A DNA stretch of 40,526 bases, taken from contig NW_021835819.1 in assembly GCF_006345805.1 (NCBI RefSeq), positions 1 through 40,526 of the forward strand. The letters run 5' to 3'. A program made the position numbers and the translations under genes. Of this stretch, positions 10,891-23,149 are shown piece after piece. This stretch comes from Octopus sinensis (taxonomy: Eukaryota). Under the pieces are notes generated by a model, which searched no databases, had not been told where the DNA came from, and saw only the letters and a program-made list of their open reading frames with translations. Each line of letters opens with the position of its first letter. Position 1 is the stretch's first letter.

Positions 10891-11799
10891 AGCAATAATA
10901 AATCTCTGAACAAGATGTAAACAGTAACTGCTTGAGAATGTAAAGTATACTAGCCATCTCAATATGGCTAACCACTAAGGGTGGGTGTTACTGTAGCTTT
11001 TAGCCCCAGGAGAACATCGTCTCCAGCTGGCTTTAGGCACACTTTCTGTGCCCTTATGATATTTGCAAAGGGAGGTCATCCCTCTCTCGTAAACCTAAGT
11101 GATATGTACGGACTGCAGTTTCTAGGTATTGACCTGTCCTCAGTGTACGGCAATCACCGGTTTTCGATGAAGGGAGACCTGTTCGCAAATACTTATTTAT
11201 TGTTTTTCTCAGTAACTTCCGTCACTGATTTCGAAAAACTGTCTGCAAGCAATAATAATCTCTGAACAAGATGTAAACAGTAACCGCTCGACAACGTAAA
11301 GTATACTAGCCATCTCAATATGGCTAACCACTAATGGTGGGTGTTACTGTAGCTTTTTAGCCCCAGGAGATCATCGTCTCCAGCTGGCTTTAGACACACT
11401 TTCTATTTGCAAAGGGAGGTCATCCCTCTCTCGTAAACCTAAGTGCAAGCGGTTACTGTTTACATCTCGTTCAGAGATTTATTATTGCTTTCAGACAGTT
11501 TATCGAAACCAGTGGCAGTGGTTACTGGGAAAAACATTAAATAGATATTGGCAAACAGGTCTCTATTCATCGAAAACCGGTGATTACTGTACGTTGACAA
11601 GAGGCAAATACCTAGAAACTGCAGTCCGTACGTATCACTTAGGTTTACGAGAGAGGGATGACCTCCTTTTTCAAATATCATAAGGGCACAGAAAGTGTGT
11701 CTAAAGCCAGCAGGAGACGATAATCTCCTGGAGCTAAAAGCTACAGTAACACCCATCCTTAGTGGTTAGCCATATTGAGATGGCAAGTATACTTTACGT
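10891..11799. repeat. 357-bp unit element: 1.55 direct copies plus one inverted ~354-bp copy
   Basis: agcaataata at 10891 and 11248. 11446-11799 is the reverse complement of 10938-11290. Confidence 0.93.
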
Positions 11800-11831
11800 A
11801 AATAATGTAAATAATGTAAATAATGAACAAA

Positions 11832-12250
11832 GCGCAGGAGTGGCTGTGTGGTAAGTAGCTTGCTAACCAACCACATGGTTCCGGGTTCAGTCCCACTGCG
11901 TGGCATCTTGGGCAAGTGTCTTCTGCTATAGCCCCGGGCCGACCAATGCCTTGTGAGTGGATTTGGTAGACAGAAACTGAAAGAAGCCTGTCGTATATAT
12001 GTATATATATATATGTGCGTGTATATGTTTGTGTGTCTGTGTTTGTCCCCCTAGCATTGCTTGACAACCGATGCTGGTGTGTTTATGTCCCCATCACTTA
12101 GCGGTTCGGCAAAAGAGAACGATAGAATAAGTACTGGGCTTACAAAGAATAAGTCCCGGGGTCGATTTGCTCGACTAATGGCGGTGCTCCAGCATGGCCG
12201 CAGTCAAATGACTGAAACAAGTGAAAGAGTAAAAAACAAAAAAAGAGTAA
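11832..12250 (+). mobile_element. SINE family A, full length
   Basis: Head, internal TA/TG tract and tail are all present. Confidence 0.92.
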
Positions 12251-12559
12251 AGATATTTTACTAAATTCTTCGTTGTTTCCAAAATTAAATAGACCGAAGA
12301 CCGTATTCTAACAGAAACATGGAAAACGAAAGGGCTGGAAGGCAAAAATGCAGCATCCTCTTGGTACCAACCTGATTGGTTCTATGCTACAAACTTCCAG
12401 TTTTAAAGAGGAGATCAATACTGAATGATCTTTGAACAAATATCACTAAGTCACAGACAGCCCCTGATCATTCTCACGATTGGAAATGTAATTAACCAAT
12501 TATTGGTTAATCGGAACCCTGCTAACGATTTATCACAATTATCTTTTATCTTTCACTAA

Positions 12560-12864
12560 TTTCAGTCATTTTGACTGTGGCATTGCTGGAGCGCAGCCTT
12601 GAAAAAATTCTAGCATACAAATCAACCCCAGTACTTATACTCTTTACTCTCTTTTACTTGTTTCAGTCATTTGACTGCGGCCATGCTGGAGCACCACCTT
12701 TAATCGAGCAAATCGACCCCGGGACTTATTCTTTTGTAAGCCCAGTACTTATTCTATTGGTCTCTTTTGCCGAACCGCTAAGTAACGGGGACGTAAACAC
12801 ACCAGCATCGGTTGTCAAGCAATGCTAGGGGGGGGCGACAAACACAGACACACAAACACACACA

Positions 12865-12908
<44 letters not shown>

Positions 12909-13225
12909 ACAGGCTTCTTTTCAGTTTCCGTCTACCAAATCCATTCACAAGGCTTTGGTCGACCTGCGGCTATAGTAGAAGACACTTGCCCAAGGTGCCA
13001 CGCAGTGGGACTGAACCTGGAACCATGTGGTTGGTAAACAAGCTACTTACCACACAGCCACTCCTGCGCCTATAACATTTGTGAAGATGATTTTAAACTG
13101 AACAACTGCTGTTCTCCTTTTGCCGAATCGCTAAGTTATGGGGTCTTGCTCAACATGCCATGCAGTGGGACTGAACCCAGAACCATATCGTTGGGAAGCA
13201 AGCTTCTTACCACGCAGCCATGCCT
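12560..13225 (-). mobile_element. SINE family A: full copy 12642-13070 flanked by older fragments
   Basis: Reverse-complement match to family A; fragments at 12560-12640 and 13110-13225. Confidence 0.88.
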
Positions 13226-13227
13226 GG

Positions 13228-13310
13228 TTGATGTGAGAGGCTGGATCTATCCAGTTTCAAGATAAAACAGATTGACCTGATGTGGCCTGTTTAAATGCAA
13301 AAGCGATAAT
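13228..13310 (-). mobile_element. Fragment of the TTAA-type MITE found at 33803-34400
   Basis: rc ttatcgcttttgcatttaaacaggccacatc...ctgttttatcttgaaactggatagatccagcctctcac matches the MITE 5' half. Confidence 0.6.
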
Positions 13311-13379
13311 GAAGGGCAGCCGTGTATCTCTTGTATTCTAAGACACTCGTTCTTCCATCATACTTTGGCCCCTAACACA

Positions 13380-14110
13380 CCATCATCATCATTTAACGTC
13401 CGTTTTCCATGCTAGCATGTGTTGGACGGTTCAACTGGAGTCTGGGAAGCCAGGAGGCTGCACCAGGCTCCAGTCTGATCTGGCAGTGTTTCTACAGATG
13501 GATGCCCTTCCTAACGCCAACCACTCCGTGAGTGTAGTGGGTGCTTTTTACGTGCCACCAGCACAGGGGCCAGAGGAGGCTGGCAAACGGCCATGATTGG
13601 TTGGTGCTTTTACGTGGATGCCCTTCCTAACACTAAAGTCATCATCATCATCATTTAGCATCTGCTTTCCATGCTAGCATGGGTTGGACGGTTCAACTGG
13701 GGTCTGAGAAGCCAGGAGGCTGCACCAGGCTCCAGTCTGATCTGGCAGTGTTTCTACAGCTGGATGCCCTTCCTAACGCCAACCACTCCGTGAGTGTAGT
13801 GGGTGCTTTTTACGTGCCACCAGCACAGGGGCCAGAGGAGGCTGGCAAACGGCCATGATTGGTTGGTGCTTTTACGTGGATGCCCTTCCTAACACTAAAG
13901 TCATCATCATCATCATTTAGCATCTGCTTTCCATGCTAGCATGTGTTGGACGGTTCAACTGGAGTCTGGGAAGCCAGGAGGCTGCACCAGGCTCCAGTCT
14001 GATCTGGCAGTGTTTCTACAGCTGGATGCCCTTCCTAACGCCAACCACTCAGTGAGTGTAGTGGGTGCTTTTTACGTGCTACCGGCACAGAAGCCAGACG
14101 AGGCTGGCAA
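13380..14110 (-). mobile_element. SINE family M, three tandem copies (262-bp period)
   Basis: (CAT)n-ttaacgtcc/ttagcatct...catgctagcatg; the junction cactaaag occurs at 13631 and 13893. Confidence 0.9.
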
Positions 14111-14131
14111 CATATATATATGTATATATAT

Positions 14132-14325
14132 CATCATTGTTTAACGTCCGCTTTCCATACTGGCATGGGTTGGACAATTTTGACTGAGGACTGGCGAACC
14201 AGATGGTTGCACCAGGCTCCAATCTTGATTTGGCAGAGTTTCTACAGCTGGATGCCCTTCCTAACGCCAACCACTCCGTGAGTGTAGTGGGTGCTTTTTA
14301 CGTGCCACCGGCACATTTGCCAGGA
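14132..14325 (-). mobile_element. SINE family M, partial
   Basis: Same core motif ggatgcccttcctaacgccaacc. Confidence 0.88.
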
Positions 14326-14511
14326 AAGGCAGGACAATGCATAACTTTAATTATTATTATTATTATAAATTTTTCTTACATATTTGTATTGTCTTTTGAA
14401 ACAGCCATATGTATTAAATCCAATTTTGATTTCCACATCTTTCCTCCATTTTTATACTTGTTTATAGCATCTTTTTACTTATAATGAACTTTTAAAATTA
14501 TATCTATATAT

Positions 14512-15058
14512 CATCATCATCGTCGTTTAACATTCGGTTTCCATACTAGCATGGGTTGGACGGTTCAGCCGGGGTCTGGGAAGCCAGAAGGCTGCACCAG
14601 GCTCCAGTCTGATCTGGCAGTGTTTCTAAAGCTGGATACCCTTCCTAACGCCAACCACTCCGAGAGTGTAGTGGGTGCTTTTTACGTGCCACAGGCACAG
14701 GTGCCAGACGGGGCTGGCAAACGGCCACGGTCGGTTGGTGCTTTTTACGTGCCGCTGGCACAGGTGCCAGACGGAGCTGGCAAACAGCCACGGTCGGATT
14801 GGTGCTTTTTAGGTGCCAGACGGGGCTGGCAAACAGCCACGGTCGGTTGGTGCTTTTTACATGCCACCGGCACAGGTGCCACACGGGGCTGGCAAATGGC
14901 CACGGTCGGATGGTGCTTTTTACGTGCCACCGGCACAGGTGCCAGACGGGGCTGGCAAATGGCCACGGTCGGATGGTGCTTTTTACGTGCCACCGGCACA
15001 GGTGCCAGACGGGGCTGGCAAATGGCCACGGTCGGATGGTGCTTTTTACGTGCCAGAT
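14512..15058 (-). mobile_element. SINE family M with internal 63-bp tandem array (14674-15058)
   Basis: ggtgc unit starts at 14674, 14737, 14801, 14849, 14912, 14975 and 15038. Confidence 0.92.
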
Positions 15059-15139
15059 GAGGCTGCCATAAAAACAATGTCCCTCTCTGTAACAACTTAA
15101 GTTGGTCAAGGGAGCAATTTTTTTTTGTCATGCGAGCAA

Positions 15140-15390
15140 CTTGGTGACACCACAAGTGCTGGTGGCACGGAAAAAAAAAAACAAGGAAAACAAGGAAAAG
15201 AAGCACCCGGTACAATTTGTAATTGGTTGACGTTGAGGAGGAGGACGTCCAGCCATAGAAACCATGCAAGGAATGAGACACTGGGTGTTCGATGCACACC
15301 TGCTTGTTGCTGGTTCCCTGTCAAACCATCCAGCCCAGCCCAGCCCAGCCCAGCAGAGAGGATGGGTGTTAAATGATGATGGTGATGAGA
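15140..15390 (+). mobile_element. Old SINE family M copy, opposite orientation
   Basis: gtgctggtggcacg...aagcacc...ggttgacgttgaggagaggacgtccagccatagaaac...gttaaatgatgatg. Confidence 0.65.
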
Positions 15391-15925
15391 TGATATTGAT
15401 GATGACATTGATGAGAAGAGGAGGAGGAGGAGGCAGAGAATAAGAAGAAGAGATGGAGAAAGAGAAGGAAGATGAGGAGGAGGAGGAAGATGAAGAAGAA
15501 GGGAGGAGGAAGAGATGAAGAAGAGGAGTAGAAGAAGGAGAAGAGAAGATGGAGAAAAGAGAAGGAAGAGGAGGTGAAGGAAGAGGAGGTGAAGGAAGAA
15601 GAAGAAGAAGAAGAAAGGGAAGAGAAAGAGATGAAGAAGAGGAGAAGGGAGAGGAGAAGAAGGAGAAGAGAAAATGGAGAAAAGAGAAGGTAGAAGAAGA
15701 AGAATTGGAAGAAAGAATTGGAAGAAGGAGAAGAAGAAGAAGAAGAACATTAATAGCAACAAGAACAATAACAGCAAGAAAAGAAGAAGAGGTGGAAGAC
15801 AACAACAGCAACAAGATCAACAAAAAACAAACAAGAAGAAAAAGAAGAATTAGAAGAAGAAGAAGAATTGGAAGAAGATTTACAGCAAGAAGAAGAAGAA
15901 GAAGAAGAAGAAGAAGAAGCAGCAA
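15390..15925. repeat. (GAA/GAG)n polypurine tract
   Basis: Read directly from the sequence. Confidence 0.95.
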
Positions 15926-16059
15926 GGGTTAGTAGAAGCCTTAAGAAGGCAGCTATTTGTGGTTTAGAGAGTAGAATATTGACCCTGGCTCCCTGGTCAA
16001 TATCTGAACTCTATGTTAAACAGAAGACAAAGTTCCGCAGAAGAATTGACTGAACTGAT

Positions 16060-16304
16060 ACAAATAAATGGACGGATGGATGGACCGGAGGACACACAGA
16101 CAGATGGGGTGGGGGGGATACGTAAGTGGATGGGTGGTGGGGAGAGAGAGAGAGAGAGAGAGGCAACAGATGAATAGATGGATGGATAGACAGGCAGAGA
16201 GACTGACAGACAAATATACAGATAGATAAACAATCAGATGGATAGATAGACAGACGGACGGACGGACGGACGGACGGACGGACGGACGGACGGACGGACG
16301 GACG

Positions 16305-16342
<38 letters not shown>

Positions 16343-16507
16343 TAGAGAGATAGATAGACAGATAGATAGACAGACTGATAGATAGATAGATAGATAGATA
16401 TAGATGATAGACAGACAGACAGATAGATAGATAGATGATAGATAGATAGATAGACAGACAGATAGATAGACAGAGAGAGAGAGAGAGAAAGAGATTGATA
16501 GACAGAC

Positions 16508-16538
<31 letters not shown>

Positions 16539-18165
16539 TTGATAGATAGATAGGTAGATAGATAGATAGATAGACAGACAGATAGATAGATAGATAGATA
16601 GATACATATATACATACATAGTAAGGCAAACAAATAGCTAAATAAACAGATATATATATATATATATATATTATAGGAATAGAGGAGAGAAAGAGAGACA
16701 GAGACAGATAGACAGACAGAGAGAGTGACATACAGACAGGTAAAAAGAATAATAGATAGATGGATAGACAAATAGAAAGATAGGTATAGAGACAAAAATA
16801 TAGATTTGTGTGTGTTTTGTGCATGAAAGTGTGTGTGGGGGTGCTTGTGTATGTATAAAAGAGAGAAAGAGAGGTAGATAGACAAAGAGTGAGACAGATG
16901 TACAGATTGACAGAATAGAGAGTAAGAGAGAGAGAGAAACATTGAGAGGAGGACAAACAAAGATGCAGTGAGAAAGTGTGATGAGAGAGAGAGAGACAGA
17001 CAGACAGAGTTTGAGTAGCAATTTGACATGTCCAATGCACACACATCTCACACCACACACTACAGTCCCAACTCACACACACACTCACATACACCTCACA
17101 CCACACACAAAGAGATGTGAGTTTCACAGACATACGCACACAAAGAGCCAAGCATACAAGACACTCACACACGCACTCTCTCTCACACACACACACTCAC
17201 AAAGAGATGCAGATACACAGACATACGCACACACAAGAGCCAAGCATACACACACACACACACACACACACTTACTCATACACACTCACACACTCACACA
17301 ACACCACTCCACTCACGCTCACACACCCACTCACACACACACCACACACCGTCACTCACACACACACAACACACACCTCACACACACACTTCACAACACA
17401 CTCACACCACACTTCACCCACACACACACACTCATCACACACCTCACACCACACTCACATACACACACTCACACACTCACACACTCACACACGTCGCACA
17501 CATCAAATACACTCACACACACAAAGAGATGCAGACATACACACTCACACACACACACACATCACACTCTTACACACACACACACGGCCATACAGGCACC
17601 CTCACACACACACACAAACTCATCCACACGCACTCACAACACCACACATCTCCACACTCACACACACACTCACTCACACTCACACACACACACTCCACTC
17701 ACCACACACACTCACCACACCCACACACTCACTCACACTCACACACCACACTTCCACAAACTCACACACCACTCACATTCACCACACTCACACAACTCAC
17801 CCCACTCACACACACACTCACCCACCCACACACAGACACTCACTTCAGCAGAACAAACACTACACACCTACACGCATCATAACACACACACACTCACACA
17901 CACGCATCAAATACACTCACACACACGCAATCAAATACACTCACACACACAAAGAGATGCAGACATACACACTCACACACACACACGCACACACAATCAA
18001 ATACACTCACACACACAAAGAGATGCAGACATACACACTCACACACACTCACACACACACAAAGAGATGCAGATACACAGACATACGCACACACAAAGAG
18101 CCAAGCATACAAGAACACACACACACACACACACACATACACACAAAGAGCCAAGCATACAAGAA
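16060..18165. repeat. (GATA/GACA/GACG)n tracts 16060-16990 and complex (CA)n field 17035-18165
   Basis: Read directly from the sequence. Confidence 0.93.
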
Positions 18166-18439
18166 GACAGCTTAATGAGTGGGTGTGTCTCGGTCAGGTT
18201 GTCAGCAGGGCTGAAGGATGCTGGCCTCCATAGTAGTATGGTGGTGGTGGTGGTGGTGGTGGTGGTTGTTTCCAGTGGCGCAATTGATAAAGCAAAATTG
18301 ATTTCAGTGTGTGGGTGGTGGTAGAATTGGGGGGGGGGTGCTGGTAGGGAGTCGTTATCGGTCTGGGGAGGAGGGAGGGAGGACGACGGCAGCAAAAGGC
18401 TGAGGACGGTGGCGGGAATAAGTTGGTGCGGCGCATTTA

Positions 18440-18465
18440 TATATATATACAACCACACACACCAC

Positions 18466-18539
<74 letters not shown>

Positions 18540-18975
18540 ATACACATATATACACCTATATGTGTGTGTATGTATACATATATATATGCATATATATATA
18601 TATATATATGTGATGTATGTATACATATATGCATGTGTACATATATATATAATCTAGATGTGTGTGTGTGTATATATATATGCACACAACACACACATAT
18701 GTTTATTGTGCACATGTATATAGGCATGTCTATGTATGAGCATGTGTGTGTGTGTGTGTGTATATTATATTATAAACTAAATATATAATATATATATATA
18801 CATACATATAAACAACACACAATGCACATACACACATATGCATATGTACATAGGCACACTAAACATACACACATGTGTGCCTATCCATATATATATATAT
18901 ATATATAACTATTTTATATAGATAGATATTTATAAATAATTATATATATATATATATTATATATATATATATACA
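18440..18975. repeat. (TA)n/(TG)n compound microsatellite
   Basis: Read directly from the sequence. Confidence 0.93.
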
Positions 18976-19112
18976 ATTCTTACTTGCACAATCTGACCTG
19001 AACACAATGCAGCAATGAACTGCAGACTGGCAACACAAGCTAGCTGCAAACAAGTGCACCACAAAACGTTTTGGGCAGAAAACCCGGACTTACTCATTCC
19101 CTCCACAATACC

Positions 19113-19380
19113 TATTTCTTTACTACCCACAAGGGGCTAAACACAGAGGGGACAAACAAGGACAGACATAGGTATTAAGTCGATTACATCGACCCCAGTG
19201 CGTAACTGGTACTTAATTTATCGACTCCGAAAGGATGAAAAGCAAAGTCGGCCTCGGCGGAATTTGAACTCACAACGTAACGGCAGACGAAATACCTATT
19301 TCTTTACTACACAGACGGGACAAACAAGGACAGACAAAGGATTAAGTCGATTACATCTACCCCAGTGCGTAACTGGTACT
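19113..19380 (-). mobile_element. SINE family C, headless copy plus partial tandem duplicate
   Basis: aatacctatttctttactac occurs at ~19108 and ~19292; rc matches 7911-8124. Confidence 0.85.
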
Positions 19381-19436
19381 TTCAATTAAAATTTTATGTT
19401 AATTTATGTTCCACATCCCAGCTGAAGAATTCTTTC

Positions 19437-19597
19437 ATTCTTTCATTTGTTTCAGTCATTTAACTGCGGCCATGCTGGAGCACCACCTTTAGTTGAACAA
19501 ATCGACCCCGGGATTTATTCTTTGTAAGCAAAGTACTTATGCTATCAGTCTCTTTTGTCGAACCGCTAAGTCACAGGGACATAAACACACCAACGTG
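19437..19597 (-). mobile_element. SINE family A tail
   Basis: ttgtttcagtcatttaactgcggccatgctggagcaccacc... Confidence 0.85.
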
Positions 19598-19736
19598 GCA
19601 GTGTATTATTACAACAGAAATATGGTAATGAAAGAGTAAAAGGATGACAAAGACAGTGAATGATCTGGATTGGGTGAATGTCGTTTGTAAAATGATCAGA
19701 AACTCCAAGAGCGCCTTAGCATCACTCAGCAAGATC

Positions 19737-21497
19737 GCTGGTGCCAGGTAAAATGCACCTGTGCAGGTGCCATGTAAGAAGCAACCCTGCTGGTGCTACA
19801 TAAAATGCACCTGTACTGGTGCCACATAAAAAGCACCTGTACTGGTGCCACATAAAATGCACCTGTGCTGGTGCCACATAAAATGCACCTGTGCTGGTGC
19901 CACATAAAATGCACCTGCGCTGGTGCCACATGAAATGCACCTGTGCTGGTGCCACATGAAATGCACCTGTGCTGGTGCCTGCACCTGTGCTGGTGCCACA
20001 TAAAAAGCACCTGTACTGGTGCCACATGAAATGCACCTGTACTGGTGCCACATAAAATGCACCTGTGCTGGTGCCACATAAAATGCACCTGTGCTGGTGC
20101 CACATAAAATGCACCTGTGCTGGTGCCACATAAAATGCACCTGCGCTGGTGCCACATGAAATGCACCTGTGCTGGTGCCACATGAAATGCACCTGTGCTG
20201 GTGCCTGCACCTGTACTGGTGCCACATAAAAAGCACCTGTACTGGTTCCACATAAAATGCACCTGTGCTGGTGCCACATGAAGTGCACCTGTGCTGGTGC
20301 TACATGAAATGCACCTGTGCTGGTGCCTGCACCTGTACTGGTGCCACATAAAAAGCACCTGTACTGGTGCCACATGAAATGCACCTGTACTGGTGCCACA
20401 TAAAAAGCACCTGTACTGGTGCCACATGAAATGCACCTGTACTGGTGCCACATGAAATGCACCTGTACTGGTGCCACATAAAAAGCACCTGTACTGGTGC
20501 CACATGAAATGCACCTGTACTGGTGCCACATAAAAAGCACCTGTACTGGTGCCAACTGAAATGCACCTGTACTGGTGCCACATGAACACCTGTACTGTGC
20601 CACATAAAAAGCACCTGTACTGGTTGCCACATGAAATGGCACCTGTCTGGTGCCACATAATGCACCTGCTGCTGGTGCCACATAAAATGCACATGTGCTG
20701 GTGCCACATAAAATGCACCTGCGCTGGTGCCACATGAAATGCACCTGTGCTGGTGCCACATGAAATGCACCTGTGCTGGTGCCTGCACCTGTACTGCTGC
20801 CACATAAAAAGCACCTGTACTGGTGCCACATGAAATGCACCTGTACTGGTGCCACATAAAAAGCACCTGTACTGGTGCCACATGAAATGCACCTGTACTG
20901 GTGCCACATAAAAAGCACCTGTACTGGTGCCACATGAAATGCACCTGTACTGGTGCCACATAAAAAGCACCTGTACTGGTGCCACAAAAAATGCACCTGT
21001 ACTGGTGCCACATAAAATCACCTGTACTGGTGCCACATGAAATGCACCTGTACTGGTGCCACATAAAATGCACCTGTGCTGGTGCCACATGAAGTGCACC
21101 TGTGCTGGTGCTACATGAAATGTACCTTTGCTGGTGTCTGCACCTGTACTGGTGCCACATAAAAAGCACCTGTACTGGTGCCACATGAAATGCACCTGTA
21201 CTGGTGCCACATAAAAAGCACCTGTACTGGTGCCACATGAAATGCACCTGTACTGGTGCCACATAAAAAGCACCTGTACTGGTACCACATAAAATGCACC
21301 TGTACTGGTGCCACATGAAATGCACCTGTGCTGGTGCCACATGAAATGCACCTGTACTGGTGCCACATGAAATGCACCTGTACTGGTGCCACATAAAATG
21401 CACCTGTACTGGTGCCACATAAAATGCACCAGTGCTGGTGCCACATAAAATGCACCTGTGCTGGTGCCACATAAAATGCACCTGTGCTGGTGCCACA
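19737..21497 (+). repeat. 26-bp minisatellite (~68 units), consensus gcacctgt(g/a)ctggtgccacat(a/g)aaa(t/a)
   Basis: Contiguous units with no spacers; occasional 18-bp short unit. Confidence 0.98.
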
Positions 21498-21499
21498 GA

Positions 21500-21707
21500 C
21501 ATAAAGATAGATATACAGACAGACAGACAGGTGGATAGATGGATAAATAAACAGATAGAGAGATAGATACAAAGACTGACAGACAGATAGATAGAGAGAA
21601 ATGCAGGGAGAGATGGATCAGTAGATACAAAGACAGACAGAGAGATAGAAGGGATAGATAGATAGAGAGATAGATAGATAGGCAGATAGACAGACAGAAA
21701 GACAGAC

Positions 21708-21773
<66 letters not shown>

Positions 21774-21786
21774 GATAGATAGATAT

Positions 21787-21820
<34 letters not shown>

Positions 21821-21943
21821 GATAGATGGATAGATAATATATAGATAGATAGATAGATAGACACAGATAGACAGATGATAATAGATAGAGATAGATGAGA
21901 TGATGGATAGATAGATAGATAGATAGATAATGATAGAAGCAGA

Positions 21944-21979
<36 letters not shown>

Positions 21980-22002
21980 AAGACAGATAGATAGGTAGAT
22001 AG

Positions 22003-22071
<69 letters not shown>

Positions 22072-22073
22072 AT

Positions 22074-22154
<81 letters not shown>

Positions 22155-22253
22155 ATAGATAGGTAGATAGACAGACAGAGAGATGGATGGATGGATGGAT
22201 GGATGGATAGATAGATAGACAGACAGACAGACAGAGAGATGGATGGATGGATG

Positions 22254-22343
<90 letters not shown>

Positions 22344-22345
22344 CA
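21500..22345. repeat. (GATA)n/(GACA)n tetranucleotide tract
   Basis: Read directly from the sequence. Confidence 0.97.
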
Positions 22346-22524
22346 GTTAACAAGAGTAATAGACAGACAGGCAGACGAGTTTATCGCTGTTAAAGATAGA
22401 CAAAGGATAAAAAGAATGGGACCAATGTAGTTATTGTTGTGGTTGTTGTGGTTGTCTCTAATGGATTTCTCGTTTGAGATAACAATTATGTCTTTAATCA
22501 ACTGGAAACGGAAAATAATATCTG

Positions 22525-23117
22525 ATGACGATAACCACGATTGTGATGGTAGTGATGATGATGACGATTATGGTGGTGGTGCTGGTGGTGGTGAGGGGGG
22601 ACGGTGGTGGCAGTTGCTGTTGTTGTTGGTGGTGGTGGTGGCAGTTGTTGTTGGTGGTGAGGGGGGATGGTGGTGGCAGTTGTTGTTGTTGGTGGTGGTT
22701 GGGGGGACGGTGGTGGCAGTTGCTGTTGTTGTTGGTGGTGGTGGTGAGGGGGGACGGTGGTGGCAGTTGTTTTTGTTGGTGGTGGCTGTTGTTGATGGTG
22801 GTGGTGGTGAGGGGGGACGGTTGTTGGCAGTTGTTGTTGGTGTGAGGGGGATGTGGTGGCTGTTGTTTGTGTGTGTTGGTGGGGGGGTGGTGAGAGGGGG
22901 ACGTTGTGGACAGTGTTGGTGTGGTGGTGGTGGGGGAGGGTGGGTGGCTGTTGTTGTTGTTGGTGGTGAGGGGGGACGGTGGTGGCAGTTTTTTGTTGGT
23001 GGTGGTGGTGAGGGGGGACGGTGGTGGCAGTTGTTGTTGTTGGTGGTGGTGGTGGTGGTGAGGGAGGGTGGTGGTGGCAGTTGTTGTTGTTGGTGGTGAG
23101 GGGGATGGTGGTGGCAG

Positions 23118-23149
<32 letters not shown>

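Noticed and set aside
10981-11756. Paralogous ORF pair MGVTVAFS... on opposite strands
   Set aside because: They arise from the direct and inverted copies of the 357-bp repeat. The second direct copy is frameshifted, and no protein family is recognisable.
14551-15299. Overlapping ORFs with 21-aa repeats
   Set aside because: They reflect the 63-bp tandem inside SINE family M.
15549-15932. Arg/Glu/Lys-rich ORF resembling a low-complexity nuclear protein
   Set aside because: It is the translation of a (GAA/GAG)n tract downstream of a SINE tail, with no splice or codon evidence.
19055-19105. aaaacgtt with an upstream GGG/CCC stem on the minus strand, resembling a hammerhead remnant
   Set aside because: No recognisable CUGANGA core or stem I.
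19737-21497. CRISPR-like look of regular ~26-bp repeats with a GCACC/GGTGC mini-palindrome
   Set aside because: Units are contiguous with no unique spacers, there are no cas genes, the context is eukaryotic, and the unit derives from a SINE.
19722-22501. Very long ORFs (429, 733 and 875 aa) with Cys/His-rich repeats
   Set aside because: They are translations of the 26-bp minisatellite and (GATA)n tract. Several frames are open only because the units lack stops.
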